Assembly: GCA_002104945.1 (NCBI GenBank) | Contig: MCFH01000069.1 | Coordinates: 1-64,000 of the forward strand | Origin: Piromyces finnis finn | Taxonomy: Eukaryota > Fungi > Neocallimastigomycota | Direction of reading: 5' to 3' | Length of the DNA stretch: 64,000 nt | In this document: piece by piece, positions 34,891-50,990 of the stretch | Layout: each line of letters opens with the position of its first letter | How positions within the stretch are numbered: the stretch's first letter is position 1 | Made by a program: the position numbers and the translations under genes | Notes under the pieces: generated by a model | Database searches by the model: none | The model's input: only the letters and a program-made list of their open reading frames with translations | What the model was told of the DNA's origin: nothing

Positions 34891-35467
34891 TCATCATCGT
34901 TCTTGTTAAGTCACTTTACACATTCATCCTGTGATAAGAATAAAAAATTAAAAATTAATAATTTTACTATAACATTTATATATCAATCCATTATGTATTT
35001 AGCATTGTAGGCATCTAATATAATAATGTAAATTATTTTAGTCCTTTACATATATATATATATATATATAGTTTTTATTTCACTATTCAATAAATATTGA
35101 CTTTCACATTTTTATTTTATTCAACTGTAAGAACTTCTTAAAATTGAAATTACATAATTTTTGTTAGAAAATGAAAGTAGCATTATATACATATTAAATT
35201 ATACACATTTGAAATAAATATTTTTTATTTAAGGGATTTTGATGTTTTTAAAGTGAAATACATTTGGTTTATAATAATTTTATAATGTTTTATTTATAGT
35301 AATATTAAATTAAACTATTTTATTGATAATTTATTGTTATAAAATATTTAACTAAAAAACTTACTCTAATTTATTATGTTTATGTATAATAGAACTATAT
35401 TAATTATTATTGATAAAATTTTTATTATATTTAGTAGTATGTATTTATAAATTTTTAAAAAAAAGTG

Positions 35468-38248
35468 TTAATTTTTACTAAAAGAATATGAATTATGAAT
35501 TTTTAACACAGTATTTATAAAACTCAATGATGAAGAAATCTGTGTTTTTTTCTTTTCATTTTTATTCGTTGAACTCACAATAGATACAATATTTCCATTT
35601 TTTGATATTGATACTGTAGCTTCAAAGTTTGAATTTTTAATATTAGAGATATCAACTGAATCTGTATGTGAATGTAAACCTGCAGAGTGTCTAATTTTAT
35701 TAATTAATTTTTCTTGTTCTAAATTAGATTTACTTATTTTGTCTATTAGCATTCTTACAATAAAAACATAGGTGTGGTTGGTAAAACAAAACATTATAAC
35801 TAATCCCATATATAGAGTGTAGTAAAGGACATAATTTTCAATAACCAAAAGTTTATATATACAATATATTAAAACTAAAATACAATCCATTCCCATTAAG
35901 AGGGAAAGTACTCTTATATCGTGAAATGTATATTTTAAATTCCATTCTAGGTATATTAATGCATTTATTGATAAGAATTTAATGATAAGAATTCCAATTT
36001 GAATTATCAAAATAACAGTTCCATATTTATTATCTAATTGGCATTTTTCATAATTTTTACCTTCCTCAATTATAATTTCTTTAATTTTGTAGGGTGAAAG
36101 TAAAAGTAATGAGCCTATAAGAATATTTATAAATTCAATTAATCCAATAAATAAATATTTATTTTTTTTGAGCCATTCTGAGTATACATTAATTTTTGGA
36201 AAATTGATTAATAATTGGTACAATATTGGTGTTAAAATAAAATTAAGACCAGTCGAAAGAATAATGTGATTAAAGAAACATTTTAGGCTTGTTAAAGTTT
36301 CAAAAAATGGGAATGCTGATAAAATTACAAGAATTACTCCTAATACATACATTATCCATAAATCATTACTTAAGAATCTAAAATATTTTTTGAATTTAGG
36401 AATAAATAATAGTGCAGTCATAAGAATAACACAACAAAATATTATTTGAATAATTATAAATAATATTAATGCAATAGTGGATGTTTTCTGTGAAAAGTGA
36501 TAGATTTTTAAAATGTCATCAATTTCAGTTAATGCTTCTTTTAATGGTTTATTATTGTATAAAAAGTCATTAATTAAGTTTGTGTATTTACTGGAATAAT
36601 CTTCATAATTATCGATTTTTGAACTGGGTCTTTCAATTCCTTGAATAGATTTCATTAATTCACAATCTGTGTATGAACAAACTTCTTCATCATCGTATAA
36701 TTTTGTTAAAGCACTGAAACATTTAAATTGTTTTAAAATGACTTCTTTTTGAATGTATTCCGATGTTAAAAACTTGATGACTTCAGATGCTGCTCTTTTC
36801 TTTTCATTTGTAATATAATTATTTATACCTAATAAATAACCTCCTAAACAAGAACCATTGACATCTTCTGTTTTACCGGGTAATGGTGTCATATAATAAT
36901 TCGGAACTTCATGATCAAAATCCCAAAAATTTGAAAATATAACAGTACCCATATATAACATCATAATATGATTATCTTCTCCAATACTAAATATTTCATC
37001 TTTTTTTTTTTATTAATTATTTTATATAGTATATATAGTAGTATAAGCATATAATAAAAAAGAATTTATGTTAATTTTTTTTTCAATGAATTTAAACATT
37101 TCATTTATATTCTTTACCATTTGACAATTCATTTTTTATTTTTAACAACATATTAAAAGCTTCCTCAGCTGTTTTGCTATTAATTTCGGGAACAGGAGAT
37201 TCTTTAGAATCTCTATAAGAATATAAAAAACTATATGCAGAACACATTGTACTTTCACCCTCTGAAATATATAAAGTATTTTTTTTTTAATAATAATATT
37301 TAATTATATAGATTTTAGCATTTAAATAATTTATAGAAATATTTTTAATATTTTTTTTTTTTTTTTTTTTTTTAAAAAATATTTTCAATACTATTTCCAT
37401 ACATACTTGGATAATATCCGTTAAAACCAATTAAATCATAATTATTATTTTTTCGTTCTTCTTCTAATATTCGTTTTCCCGTTGCTAACATTTGATCCCA
37501 AGTTTTAGGAATTTTTTCATCATACTTATTTAATAAGATTTTATTTGAATATAAAATAGTATATTTTAACAATAATGGCTTCATAATAAATATTTATTTA
37601 ATTGATATTTATTTGATAAAAATCATGAATCCAATTATGAATGAATGGATAAAATAAATAAAGAATGTTATAATTAATTAGTATAAATTAATTAGTATAA
37701 ATAATATAGACAATTTGAATATATTATTATTTCAAGTGAAATAATTTACCATTCCAACCCATTTATCTTCATATACCCCGATTTTTTCAGCATCACCCAA
37801 ATATTGATCTAAATGTTCTTTTGGTAGATAATCTTTTAGATTGACTAGATGAGGAGATAATCTACGAGTAAATAATGGATCATAAACGAACATATCGTAT
37901 TTTGTTTTCTTTTGCTGAAGGAGTAAATGCATTGCTGAATCGAAACTATCCCATTCTTTTGTTGTATTTTCAATTGAAAACAAAATAAAATTTAAATTTA
38001 TATCCAAATCATTTTCTTTTGCATATTTGTTAAATTCTCTTGTAATCAAAGCATATAAATCTTCAAATGATTTTAAAAATGATTGACCTGCTAAATTTAT
38101 TGTTATTGCATTTATATTATCTACAATATAATATATGTTAATAATAATTATTAATTTACTAGGTATAATAATTTCATCTAATTATAAAATAATAAATATA
38201 AAAATTACCTATATAAAAAAGTATTATAAAAAAAATATATATGTGCAT
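35468..38248 (-). CDS. Receptor B: tandem paralog of receptor A
   Basis: Exon 1 MHIYIFFIILFYI (ATG 38248); donors at 37749 (GTAAAT) and 37406 (GTATGT); last exon from 36999 with seven TM segments; near-identical to A over 35940-38114. Confidence 0.82.
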
Positions 38249-38479
38249 TTTAATGATTATTTTAATAAATTTCATTTTCTTATTAATTTATTAAAATATG
38301 ATATAAAATAAAAAATGAAAAAAATTGTAAAAAACTGAAATTTAAAAAGTTCATCAAAATTATTATATTAAATATATATAGTTTTTAAAGTTTATGTTAA
38401 AAATAAAAAAAAAGTGATTAATATAAGTACTATTAAAAATACTTATTTTCCTTGATAAATATAGTTTTTGTTTTTAATT

Positions 38480-38523
<44 letters not shown>

Positions 38524-38660
38524 AAAGAAAACATTCTTTTTTTAAAATTCAAATATATTAGAAAAAGTAATTAATATAACAATAATTGAAATAATAAAAA
38601 AATATATGGCAAAAATAAGTGATAATAACTTATATAAATAGTAATAAAATAACAATGAAC

Positions 38661-38856
38661 AAAAAAGTTAAAGGGAAGTTTAACAGTATTTTTTTTATTA
38701 TACATTAGTGAGTAAAAAAGTTAAAGGGAAGTTTAACAGTATTTTTTTTATTATACATTAGTGAGTAAAAAAGTTAAAGGAAAGTTTAACAGTATTTTTT
38801 TTATTATACATTAGTGAGTAAAAAAGTTAAAGGGAAGTTTAACAGTATTTTTTTTT
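38661..38856. repeat. 53-bp minisatellite, about 3.7 copies
   Basis: aaaaaagttaaagggaagtttaacagtattttttttattatacattagtgagt starting at 38661, 38714, 38767 and 38820. Confidence 0.92.
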
Positions 38857-39084
38857 CAATATTTCTGAAAAAAATGAATGATAATTATCACTTGAAATTT
38901 ATATTATTATATTATTATAATTTAAGGAAAATCACGAAAAATTTAATTATAAATATTTATGCTAAGATATTTGTCTTTTAATTATCCAATACTTAGAAAT
39001 ATTGATATATATTTAAAGTTGAAGATTATTCCGTAACTACAAATCATTGCTACTAATAAATGATAATAATAGAAAGGATAGCTA

Positions 39085-39117
<33 letters not shown>

Positions 39118-41213
39118 TAAATTAGATAATCTATATTTTTTATTTTTTTTAAAAAATATATATTCATTTCTATAGTTATTTGTAAACATTTACATTTACA
39201 TTTACATTTACATTTACAAATATAAAATTATAAAAAATTTATATTTATACTATTATTATTATTATTATTATTATTATTATGTTTATTATTATTTTTTATG
39301 TTTAAAAAAAAAAAACATGCTTTATATATAAATATAAAGAGTTTTGATTTACAATGTATACCTATTTTTAATATTATAATTTAATATTTAAAAATAAATA
39401 ATTTTATAATTTTAAAGCAAATCCATTAGAAAAAGTTTATTTATAGATATGGAAAAAAAAAAAAAATAAAAATTTGGTATTTGAAAAAACGAAAAATTTA
39501 AAAAACTAAAATTTCAATATTCATATAAAGTATTAATATTTAAATTTAAAAGAAATAAACAAATAAAACTAATTGGTGTATTGTATTTTTTATAATCTTT
39601 TTTTATTATTTAAAATATTTTTAAAGTAGGTAAAAGGATGAGAAATTAACAATACCAACAACAATCATAATAACAGAAAAAAAAAAATATAGAAATGTAC
39701 TTGTATTACTTATATTTCAGTTATTAATTCTTTTGAAAATTATTGTGAAATGAATGATGATAGAAAAAGGTTTTGAATAAGGTTTTTATTTACTTGAAAA
39801 AAAAAAAAATAGTAGATATATTAAAAAATTAAAAAATAATTTTTTTTTTTTTTTTTTTTTGATACTGATTTAATTCATCTTTTATGGATGTTTTAAATAT
39901 ATCTCAAAATTCATTAATAATAATTTACACTTGAAAGACTACTGCTAATAATGATTATTATTATCAATTTCAGATATTATTGTTTACTGTTTGTTGTTAG
40001 TTTTAATAATAATAAATGTTGTTTATCTATTATATTGAAATTACCAAAAATTGAATTTTTTCTTTTTTTTACTTTTGTCTTTTAAATAATATCACTTTTC
40101 ATCATCACTTGCATCAAAATATAAACCTTTTTTTAACAATAATAATTATAATTATTTATTATAAATATTTATTAATATTATTTTTTTATTTTTTTATTAT
40201 TGTGCTTTTTTTAATTATCCTATTTTTAATATAATTCGTGTAACATTAAAAGAAATATTTTAGAACTTTAATAATTATATAAATTAAATAAAAAAAATTT
40301 GTAGTGATAATAACACATTTGAATATTTTTTTTTTTATTTTAGTTGAAGAGTTATTTTTAGTTTTAGTTGAAATAATAATTGTACTAAATTTTAATATAA
40401 AGCAAAAGAAAAGGAAAATTATAGAAATAATTTATGATAAAAAAAAAGAGTATAGTTTTATGTTTAATATTTATCTTAAATCGTAATAATGAATTAATCT
40501 ATTTAAAACTTTACGGATCCTATTTTAAAATTAATAATAATAATAATAAAAAAGAAACTTGATTAAAATAATTTTAAATATTGTTATTTATAAAAATCAT
40601 ATAAATTAAAGTTTCTATGATTATTTTTTATTTGTTAACCACCATATTATTGTTTTTTTTTTTAAATAGATTTTATACACATTTTTTTTTAAAATATTAT
40701 TAAAAAATAAAAAAACAATAATAAAATATTATATGATGTATATGATATATATGATATATGTATATTATATTATTACATGGTAGTATATTATAAATCCATT
40801 ATAAATCCATTATAAATTAATGTTTTTTTTTTTTTTTGTTTTTTTACCTACTACGAATCATGTGTATAAAAATTAATTTTTTTTTTTTACTATAAATACT
40901 ACTTTTTTTCATGAAATCTTTGTTCTTTTAACTAAATAAAAAAAAAAAAGAGAGAGAGAGAGAAAGAAAAGAATAATATTATATTACTAATAATAAATAT
41001 AAATATTATTTTTTAGTAGAATTATTATATTGTATATATATATATAATTTAAAAAAAAAAATAATATAATATTGTTTTTTTCCTTTCTTTTTAGAAAAAA
41101 GTAGATATATCAAATATATATTAAGAGTGAAAATAGTAAAAAATATTAAAATAATTAGAAAATAATAATAATAATAAAATAATAAAAACAATATTATAAC
41201 CTAGTTTTTAAAT

Positions 41214-44200
41214 ATGACTCACTTAACAAAATTAGTTAAATTTTTAAGTATGACAATGGCTATGACCATTGTAGCTTGTAAACAAGCTATTCCAATGAAA
41301 ACCTTAGTATTAACAACACACCAAATTGAAAGTGATTCAATTACTCATAATTTACAATCATATGGTATACCATACGATATTGTTGAATTTACTCCAACTA
41401 AATTATTGGAAGGAAATTTAACTTTATATGAAGAGAATGAACCAAAATATAATTTAGTTGTTATTAATGGAGGTGATCTTATTCTTGAAATTGATAATAT
41501 ATGGAAGAGTGCTTTAACTACTGAACAATGGGCTTACTTGGAAGAATATGAATCTAAATATAGTGTTCGTAGAGTTGTTTTATCTGAAGATGTTCCATAT
41601 AATTCTGAAGTTGAATTAAATGATCCAAATAATTGGGGTGAATCATTAGACGATCAACCCTTACTTGTCGAAAAATCTGATGAAATTAAAGGTATTTTTG
41701 ATGATGCTAGAATCAAAATTAATGCTCCATTAAATGTTGATGGTATTTATCATACTCGTGTTAAGATTGTCAACACAGATACAACAACACCTTTCTTATA
41801 CTACTCAGATAACGGTAAGGAAGGTCCTGTTGCTGCTATTATTACTAAATACGAAAATGGTCGTGAAAAAATGAGTTTTTTCTTTGGTTTTGGTTCCTGG
41901 TCTCAAAGTAGTGTCATTCTTAATCATTTATGGTTAACATGGGGTACTCGTTCCTTATTTAATGGTTTTCGTCGTGTCTATTTCACTCCTCATATTGATG
42001 ATGTTTTCTTATCTACTGAATTGGTTGATCCAATAAATAATGAAATATATCCTGAGGATGGTGACGTTTTTCGTACAAAGGCTATTGATTTCCAAAAAAT
42101 AGTTCAATTCCAAAAGGATGTATTAGATGTTATGCCAAAGGGTTCTTTCTATAGAGCTGAATTAGCTTTCAATGGTAATGGCCTTTTAATCGAAGCAGAT
42201 TACGATTTATCTATTCAAATTGATACTGAACGTTATTGCGATTTAGAATATGTAATGGAACCAGGAAAGGGTGAAAGTCGTTGGCCAAAAGAAAATTACA
42301 AACTTTCATCAGCTCAAAATAAGGTCATTGAAAAAGATGATCTTTACAAATTCTTTTATCATAATGAAACTATTCAAAAAGAATTCTTTTGGAGTTCTCA
42401 TACTTTTACTCACGAAAATCTAGATAATGTTTCTAGATCTGATGTAGACAATGAAATTCGTTTAAATATTGAAATAGCTGAAAAGTTGGGTTTAGTAGAT
42501 AAAGAATATTGGTCAGGACATTCTATAATTACTCCACAAATTTCTGGTCTTCATAGCAAAGACGCTCTCGAAACATTCATGAAATATGGTATTAACTCAG
42601 CTACAGGTGATCTTAGTCGTAGTCAAATCACAAATCTTGAAAACCCATACCTTCCATTTTATACTACTCTTGAAAGTAGTAACCTCGAAGGTTTCCCAGT
42701 TATTCCACGTACTCCAACTGAAATTTATTATTTCTGTTCCACAAAGGAAGAAGATACCTATATTTATAATGAAGTTCATTATTCAGACTTTGGTAGAGAT
42801 TCTACTTTTGATGAAATCATGGAACGTGAAGCAAAACGTACTACTCTTTTAATGACTGAATTACGTCATGAAGCACATCAATTCCATCAAGCTAATATTC
42901 GTTACTATCCAAAGGTAGGTAATTATGGGGAATCTCTTCTTGAAGATTGGACTAGAAGTGTTGTTTCTTATTACACAAAGTTTGTTGATTGGCCATTAAT
43001 TTCTATCAGTTTAAATAAACAAGCAGAAACTTTTATTGAACGTGCTAAATTAGATGCTTGTGGTCATGAAACAAAATTTATTATTGAAGAAAATAAAGTT
43101 GTTGGTGTTAGTGTATCTGCTTCAAAAGGTGAATGTACTGTTCCAATTACTGTTCCAATTGGTGTTAAAAATTCTTCTCTTCCAAAAGATGCCAAACTCG
43201 AACAAATTGGTAATGATCCATTAACAGTTTGGATTCCATTAAAGAAGGGTGAAACTAAATCATTTGAATTAGAACCAGCTTTTGAATGGAGGATTAATGA
43301 GTCATCTGTCGATGTTGAATCAACTACTTCCTTTGTTGAATCTTCTACAATTGCTGAAACTACTACTGTCGTTGAATCTACAATTGTAGATGTTGAACCA
43401 ACGACTGTTATTGAATCTTCTACAAATGCAGAAACTACCACTGTCGATGTTGAACTAACTACTTCTGTTGTTGAATCTTCAATAGTAGATGCTGAATCAA
43501 CTTCTACTATTGTTGAATCTACTGCTGTTGATGTTGAACCAACTTCTACTATTGTTGAATCTACTACTGTTGATGTTGAATCAACTTCTACTATTGTTGA
43601 ATCTACTACTGTTGATGTTGAACCAACTTCTACTATTGCTATATCTACTACTGTTGATGTTGAACCAACTTCTACTGTTGCTGAATCAACTTCTACTGTT
43701 GTTGAACCAATTTCTACTATTGTTGAATCTACTTCTATTAATGAAGCTACAACTTCAACTAAAACTATTACCAAAACTATTACTTCTACTACTACTTCAA
43801 CAATTAAACCAACAGATACTTGTGGAAATGCTCCATTCTATAGATGTGGTGGTATTGGTTACGTTGGTTCTAATTGTTGTACTGAAGGTTTTGTTTGTAA
43901 ATACCAAAATCCATACTATTATCAATGTGTTTCTGAGGATTCTATTGACTATGACGATCCAACAGAACTTCCTATTATCATTACTACAACTTCTCCAGTT
44001 GAACAACCAACTGAATTACCAACTGAAGAATCAGATCCATGTGAAAATGGTCATTTTGCAAAATGTGGTGGTGTTGGTTTTACCGGTTCTAAATGTTGTA
44101 AAAAGGGATTCATTTGTCAAGTACAAAATAAATATTACCACCAATGTGTTGCTTTAGAAGACTATGAAGAACCAATGGAAACAACAATTATTGAAGAACC

Positions 44201-44402
44201 AACTTCTACTTCTGTTGCTGAACCAACAGAAGAACCAGAAACTTGTGAAAATGAACCATTTGCTAGATGTGGTGGTATTGGTTTCAAAGGACCTACATGT
44301 TGTAGTAAAGGTCATGTTTGTTTCCCACACAATGATTACTATTATCAATGTATTTCAATAGATTCTGTTGATCAATTTGAATCAAAAATCACAAAAGAAT
44401 AA
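41214..44402 (+). CDS. Agd3-like (CE18-type) polysaccharide deacetylase, Thr/Ser/Glu repeat linker and three CBM1 domains
   Basis: PHIDDVFL, SHTFTHENLD and ITPQISGL resemble Agd3 metal-binding motifs; 13-aa STIVESTTVDVEP repeats; three RCGGIG...CCxxGxxC...YYYQC CBM1 modules. Confidence 0.78.
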   Translation: MTHLTKLVKFLSMTMAMTIVACKQAIPMKTLVLTTHQIESDSITHNLQSYGIPYDIVEFTPTKLLEGNLTLYEENEPKYNLVVINGGDLILEIDNIWKSALTTEQWAYLEEYESKYSVRRVVLSEDVPYNSEVELNDPNNWGESLDDQPLLVEKSDEIKGIFDDARIKINAPLNVDGIYHTRVKIVNTDTTTPFLYYSDNGKEGPVAAIITKYENGREKMSFFFGFGSWSQSSVILNHLWLTWGTRSLFNGFRRVYFTPHIDDVFLSTELVDPINNEIYPEDGDVFRTKAIDFQKIVQFQKDVLDVMPKGSFYRAELAFNGNGLLIEADYDLSIQIDTERYCDLEYVMEPGKGESRWPKENYKLSSAQNKVIEKDDLYKFFYHNETIQKEFFWSSHTFTHENLDNVSRSDVDNEIRLNIEIAEKLGLVDKEYWSGHSIITPQISGLHSKDALETFMKYGINSATGDLSRSQITNLENPYLPFYTTLESSNLEGFPVIPRTPTEIYYFCSTKEEDTYIYNEVHYSDFGRDSTFDEIMEREAKRTTLLMTELRHEAHQFHQANIRYYPKVGNYGESLLEDWTRSVVSYYTKFVDWPLISISLNKQAETFIERAKLDACGHETKFIIEENKVVGVSVSASKGECTVPITVPIGVKNSSLPKDAKLEQIGNDPLTVWIPLKKGETKSFELEPAFEWRINESSVDVESTTSFVESSTIAETTTVVESTIVDVEPTTVIESSTNAETTTVDVELTTSVVESSIVDAESTSTIVESTAVDVEPTSTIVESTTVDVESTSTIVESTTVDVEPTSTIAISTTVDVEPTSTVAESTSTVVEPISTIVESTSINEATTSTKTITKTITSTTTSTIKPTDTCGNAPFYRCGGIGYVGSNCCTEGFVCKYQNPYYYQCVSEDSIDYDDPTELPIIITTTSPVEQPTELPTEESDPCENGHFAKCGGVGFTGSKCCKKGFICQVQNKYYHQCVALEDYEEPMETTIIEEPTSTSVAEPTEEPETCENEPFARCGGIGFKGPTCCSKGHVCFPHNDYYYQCISIDSVDQFESKITKE

Positions 44403-45087
44403 ATGATATAATAAACAAAAATTATTAAAAATATAGATATATATTCGTAACACTAAACACCAAACCAAGCTTAACCAAAAAAAAAAAAAAAAAAAAAACA
44501 AATAATAATATATAAAAAATATTTTTATAAGTGAAAATATAGATTATGAACAAATAATTATCACTAACAAAAGATATTATAAGTACTATAAAATTATATA
44601 TATATTAAATATACTTATTATATATATTACATATTACAATATAAATATTTAAAAATATTAATTATACAATTATTCTCTTTAGCATATATATAACACATAA
44701 CTTAGAATTAAATATGTATTTTTATGTATAATATATAAATTTAAAAAAAAAAAATATTATTAAATTATTGTTAATATATGTAAAAATAATAAAAATAATT
44801 AAATAATATACTAATAAAAAAATTAAATATCCAAATATCAATATTAATTAATTATTATTAACATTAATATTTAATTAAAAACAAAAACATAAATAGAAAC
44901 AAAAACAGAAAAAAATAAAAAATAATTTTTTACATTATTATTAATATAAATAATTAAGCTCTTAATTATTAGGATGTCATAGTTTTTTATAATTTTTATA
45001 AATTGCTATTTTATTATTTAAAGAAATAAATAAAAAAAAATGTATATATATTACTTATATTACATAGTTATCTATAATAATGTTGAA

Positions 45088-46707
<1,620 letters not shown>

Positions 46708-49500
46708 ATTATTTAATTATATATATAATGATTTATAAACTTTTATTTTTTTTTCTAAAAGAATAAACCTTTTTTTTTTTTCTTCCAAAAAAAAGGATTT
46801 ATATGTTTTTTTTTATATACATATACATAGTATACATAGTTGAGTAAATTGATAATCAATAAAATATTAAATTAATTTAATCAAAACCATTTATTTTTTT
46901 AATTAAAAAAGAAAACATACGAGCAAATCAACATAATAAAGGTATAAACATTTTTAAAAAACAAGCCATATTGATAGAAGACGCCACAATAATTTCCAAT
47001 GAGATTAAATAACGCCATTTATATTAATAATGAAATTTTAAATTTTACAAGAGACATTAAATGAATAATAAAGAATAAATTTATAATTTACATTAGTTTT
47101 AAGTAATAATATTGTAATATTATGAATAAACTCATGCTCCCTTTTAGTAACTAAAAGGTTTAGTATAAATATATGTATTTTTTCAATTGAAAATTATTTA
47201 TATAATAATTCCTTATTAAAAGTATTTTCATTAAAAACATTAATAAATAAAATTCTAAATTAATTAACTTTAATTTTTATCAATCCCCGTTTCTAGAACC
47301 AATTGATATAAGGTTACACCAAAAATAAATTTTTAATTTCATTAATAAAAATAAAAAAAATGAGGATTTATTTTCTGATTCATCATCAATTCAAAAAGTA
47401 TATTTTAATAATTAAATCAATAATATAGATAATATATTTAATAATTAATAGAAATTAATAAATATAAATATAATTTTTTGATTGAGACATTTTTATTTTC
47501 CATGATATATAAAAATTTCTATTATCAATTCATTTAAAAGAAGCTTTTGTAACATTATTAAATGAAATTATAAGTAAAATGAAAAAAAAATATATTTTAT
47601 AAATGAAATTGAAAATAAAATTCAAAAATTATATAAAAAACAAATAAAAAAGCAATTATTAAGACAGAGTTTCTAAAATAAATTTCAATAGTATTTTCCC
47701 ATTTAAAATTAAAATGAATTATTTGTGTAACAAGTATTAATTTAAAAACAATAAATTGTATTATATTACAATATATTTAGGAATATTTTTTTATTATATA
47801 ATAAATGAAAATAATAATTAAAAATTGACAGTAAATAAATTATCATCTTAAATAATTAAAATAAACTACTTTAATCCATATTTTAAATTAAAAATAAATT
47901 AAAAATTTAATTATAGTATAAAAATTAATAGAAAATTTAATATTAAATTATGATGATAATTTCAATAATTTATTATAAAATAAAGTTTATAGATGACATT
48001 TTCATTTTTATATTTTGTATAAAATAAATAATACAAAGTGATATTATAAATATTTAAATATTTATTTAATATTAATTCATAATAGTTTACAATAATTCAT
48101 ATTCTTTAAATATTTACTATAGTTCCCCTTAGCTTCAATTTAGCTTCAGTACTCATGTTTATTTATTATTATAATACTTATAATTTATTATATAATATTT
48201 TTTTAATAAATTAATAATGAATAAATCTGGTCATCATTCTCCTCCAAATATACAAAGTTATATTAATATAAAAATATAATATGATTTATGAATACTTTTT
48301 TTTTTTTATTATTACTATCATTGTCTTTTTCAAAAAGTATCTTTAATTATAATATTCATAATATTTACTTAAATATAAATTTAATTGTTTTTTTTTAAAC
48401 TATCTAATAATTTTTACATGGATCATACATTCAATCTTAAATAATTCTATAAATTAATATATTGAAAATTTATTTTTTAATCATTTTACTATCTCTAATA
48501 ATATAATAATAAAAAAAATATTATTTTTTTTTATATTAGTGTAAAAATAAAATAAAAAGTAGTTAAAATTCCAAGTTTTTATTTTATATGCCTAATTAAA
48601 TTAATTAAATTTATTTAAAATTTTACATATTAATAATAAAAGTTTTAAAATACTTGGTGTCATAAAAATAAAAAATATATTTTAAATATAATAAATAAAA
48701 ATACAATATAGAATACTATTAAAAAGTATTAAATCAAAAAGCAAAACGAAAAAAAAATTATTCATTATTATCAAGTTTAAAATTATTGAAAATAAAATTT
48801 TTAAATGTATATTATAATATTTTAATGATAATAAGGATTAATAAGGATGGCTAGTTTTTATATTTTATAAATAAATAATGATATTGTAATTTAATTATAA
48901 AAGAAAGATTTAAAAAAATTTTTGTCAAAATATTTTAAATCTTTTATAATGTTAAGAGTGTATTTATTTAATAAAAAAATAAGAAATATGAAAGAGTTTT
49001 ATTGATATATTATTATAATGTATTATTTTTATTTTTTGAAATAAATTGTTAATTATAATTAAAATAAATGATATTGAATTATAAAAAAATATTTTTTAAT
49101 TTTGTGTTTTTCTTCCATATCAATAATAAAGACTTTTAGAATAAAACTAATTATAATAATTAAAATAAAAAAAAAAAAAATAAACAATTATTCTTTTTCT
49201 CTTTTGTTTATTTGTTTTTAATTTTTAAAATAAAAAAGTATTATTATTAAATGCCATACTTTTTTTTTTTTTTCCTATATTATTCCTTAATGATAATTTT
49301 AAGCAATAATTATTTTTCTATTAATGATTTTTATTATTTCTTTCAAAAATAGTCTTCCATTTTTTCAATTATTTATCACTACTAACATGAAATCGGTATA
49401 TTAAAACAATAGAAATGCTTATAATGTAAATGTAATTAACTGGAAAACTTTATGTTTATTTATTAATAAAAATTTTAAATGAGAAGGAAAAAAAAATCAA

Positions 49501-50990
49501 TTTAGATATAATAGATATACAAGGTGAAACACTATTAATTTATTTTAACATGTTATAAAAATAATAAATCGATAATTAATATTTTATGAAATCTTAGTGC
49601 CGATTTAAACAAAACCAATAATAAAAAAATTTCTCCAGTAGCTAAAAAAGTGAAATGCCTTTAACCTGTAAAAATTGTCAAATACAAATTATAAAACAAT
49701 TAATAAAAACGGAGGAAAAATCAATTATGAAGATGATCAAGGAGGAATACCATTGATATTAGCTTGTCAGAATGGTGATCTAACTATAGTGAAATATCTA
49801 ATAAGTGAAGGTGCAAATATAAATCAAAACAATAAAAATCATGATACTCCTTTAACAGTAACTTGTAAAAATTGGAAAGAAGAAGTTATTCATTATTTAA
49901 TTGATCAAGGAGCTAACGTTAATCAAGAAAATAAAAATGGAGATACACCTCTAATGATTATTTGTAAAAATTGTAATAATTCTTATAAATCTTTTTATTC
50001 TCAAGCTTATCTAGACATTGTGAAACATTTAGTGGATAAAGGTGCTGATATAAATAAAAATGACATTAATCATAATAATGTTTTAGATATTGCCTATAAT
50101 AAAATACACAAATATAAAGCAAAAGTTGTAAAATATTTAATTGATAATGGTGCGGTAATTCATGAAACAATTTGCACCAAAATTATAATTGATACATGTG
50201 AACAAAGTAATCTGGAAACTTTGAAAAGTCTAGTTAAAAGAAACATCGATGTTAATGTAGAAGATGATAATGGAAATACTCCATTACTGATATCATGTCG
50301 ACAAGATAATGGTAATAATTTTTCAATTGTTGAATATTTAATTGCCCATGGTGCAAATATTGATCAAACAAATAAACATGGTGATTCCGCTTTAATAATT
50401 GCATGTCAAAGTGAAAATGAGAAAATTGTAAATTATTTAATTGAACTAGGTGCCGATATTAATAAGCAAAATAAAGATGGTGATACTGCGTCGATAAAAG
50501 TGTGTGATAATGGGAATATAAGTATAATATATCAATTAATTGAAAAGGGGGCTAATATAATGCATGAAAATAAGGATGGAGATACACCATTATTAACAGC
50601 ATGTAAAAACTGTAATAATTCCGATTCTGAAAACTATTTTAAAATAATAAAAAAGTTATTAGAAAAAGGTGCTGGAATAGATGTTAATAAATCTAACAGA
50701 AATGGAGAAACAGCTTTACTAGCTGCATGTAAAAGAAGGTATAGGAAAAGTAAAATAGTAAATTATAATTATAAAGATGAAAATAATAAAGAAGTCCAAA
50801 AACAGCAAAGTTATGATAAAAATGACATCACCCAAAATTATGTTAAAATTCTAAATCTTTTAATGGAACAGGGAGCCAATATCAATGTGGAAGATGTTTT
50901 TGGTAACACTCCATTACATGCTTCCTGTCGTCGAACTAATTATAAATTACTATTTCATATTATTTAATCTAAACTAGAGCAGATAATAAT
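49501..50990 (+). pseudogene. Ankyrin-repeat gene, probably degraded at both ends (open core 49675-50967)
   Basis: Many GDTPL...GANIN repeats; the track start is TTG; upstream out-of-frame ankyrin remnants (DIQGETLL, SADLNKTN, PLTCKNC); a frameshifted GAD-N-I-K-N-like remnant after the stop. Confidence 0.7.
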
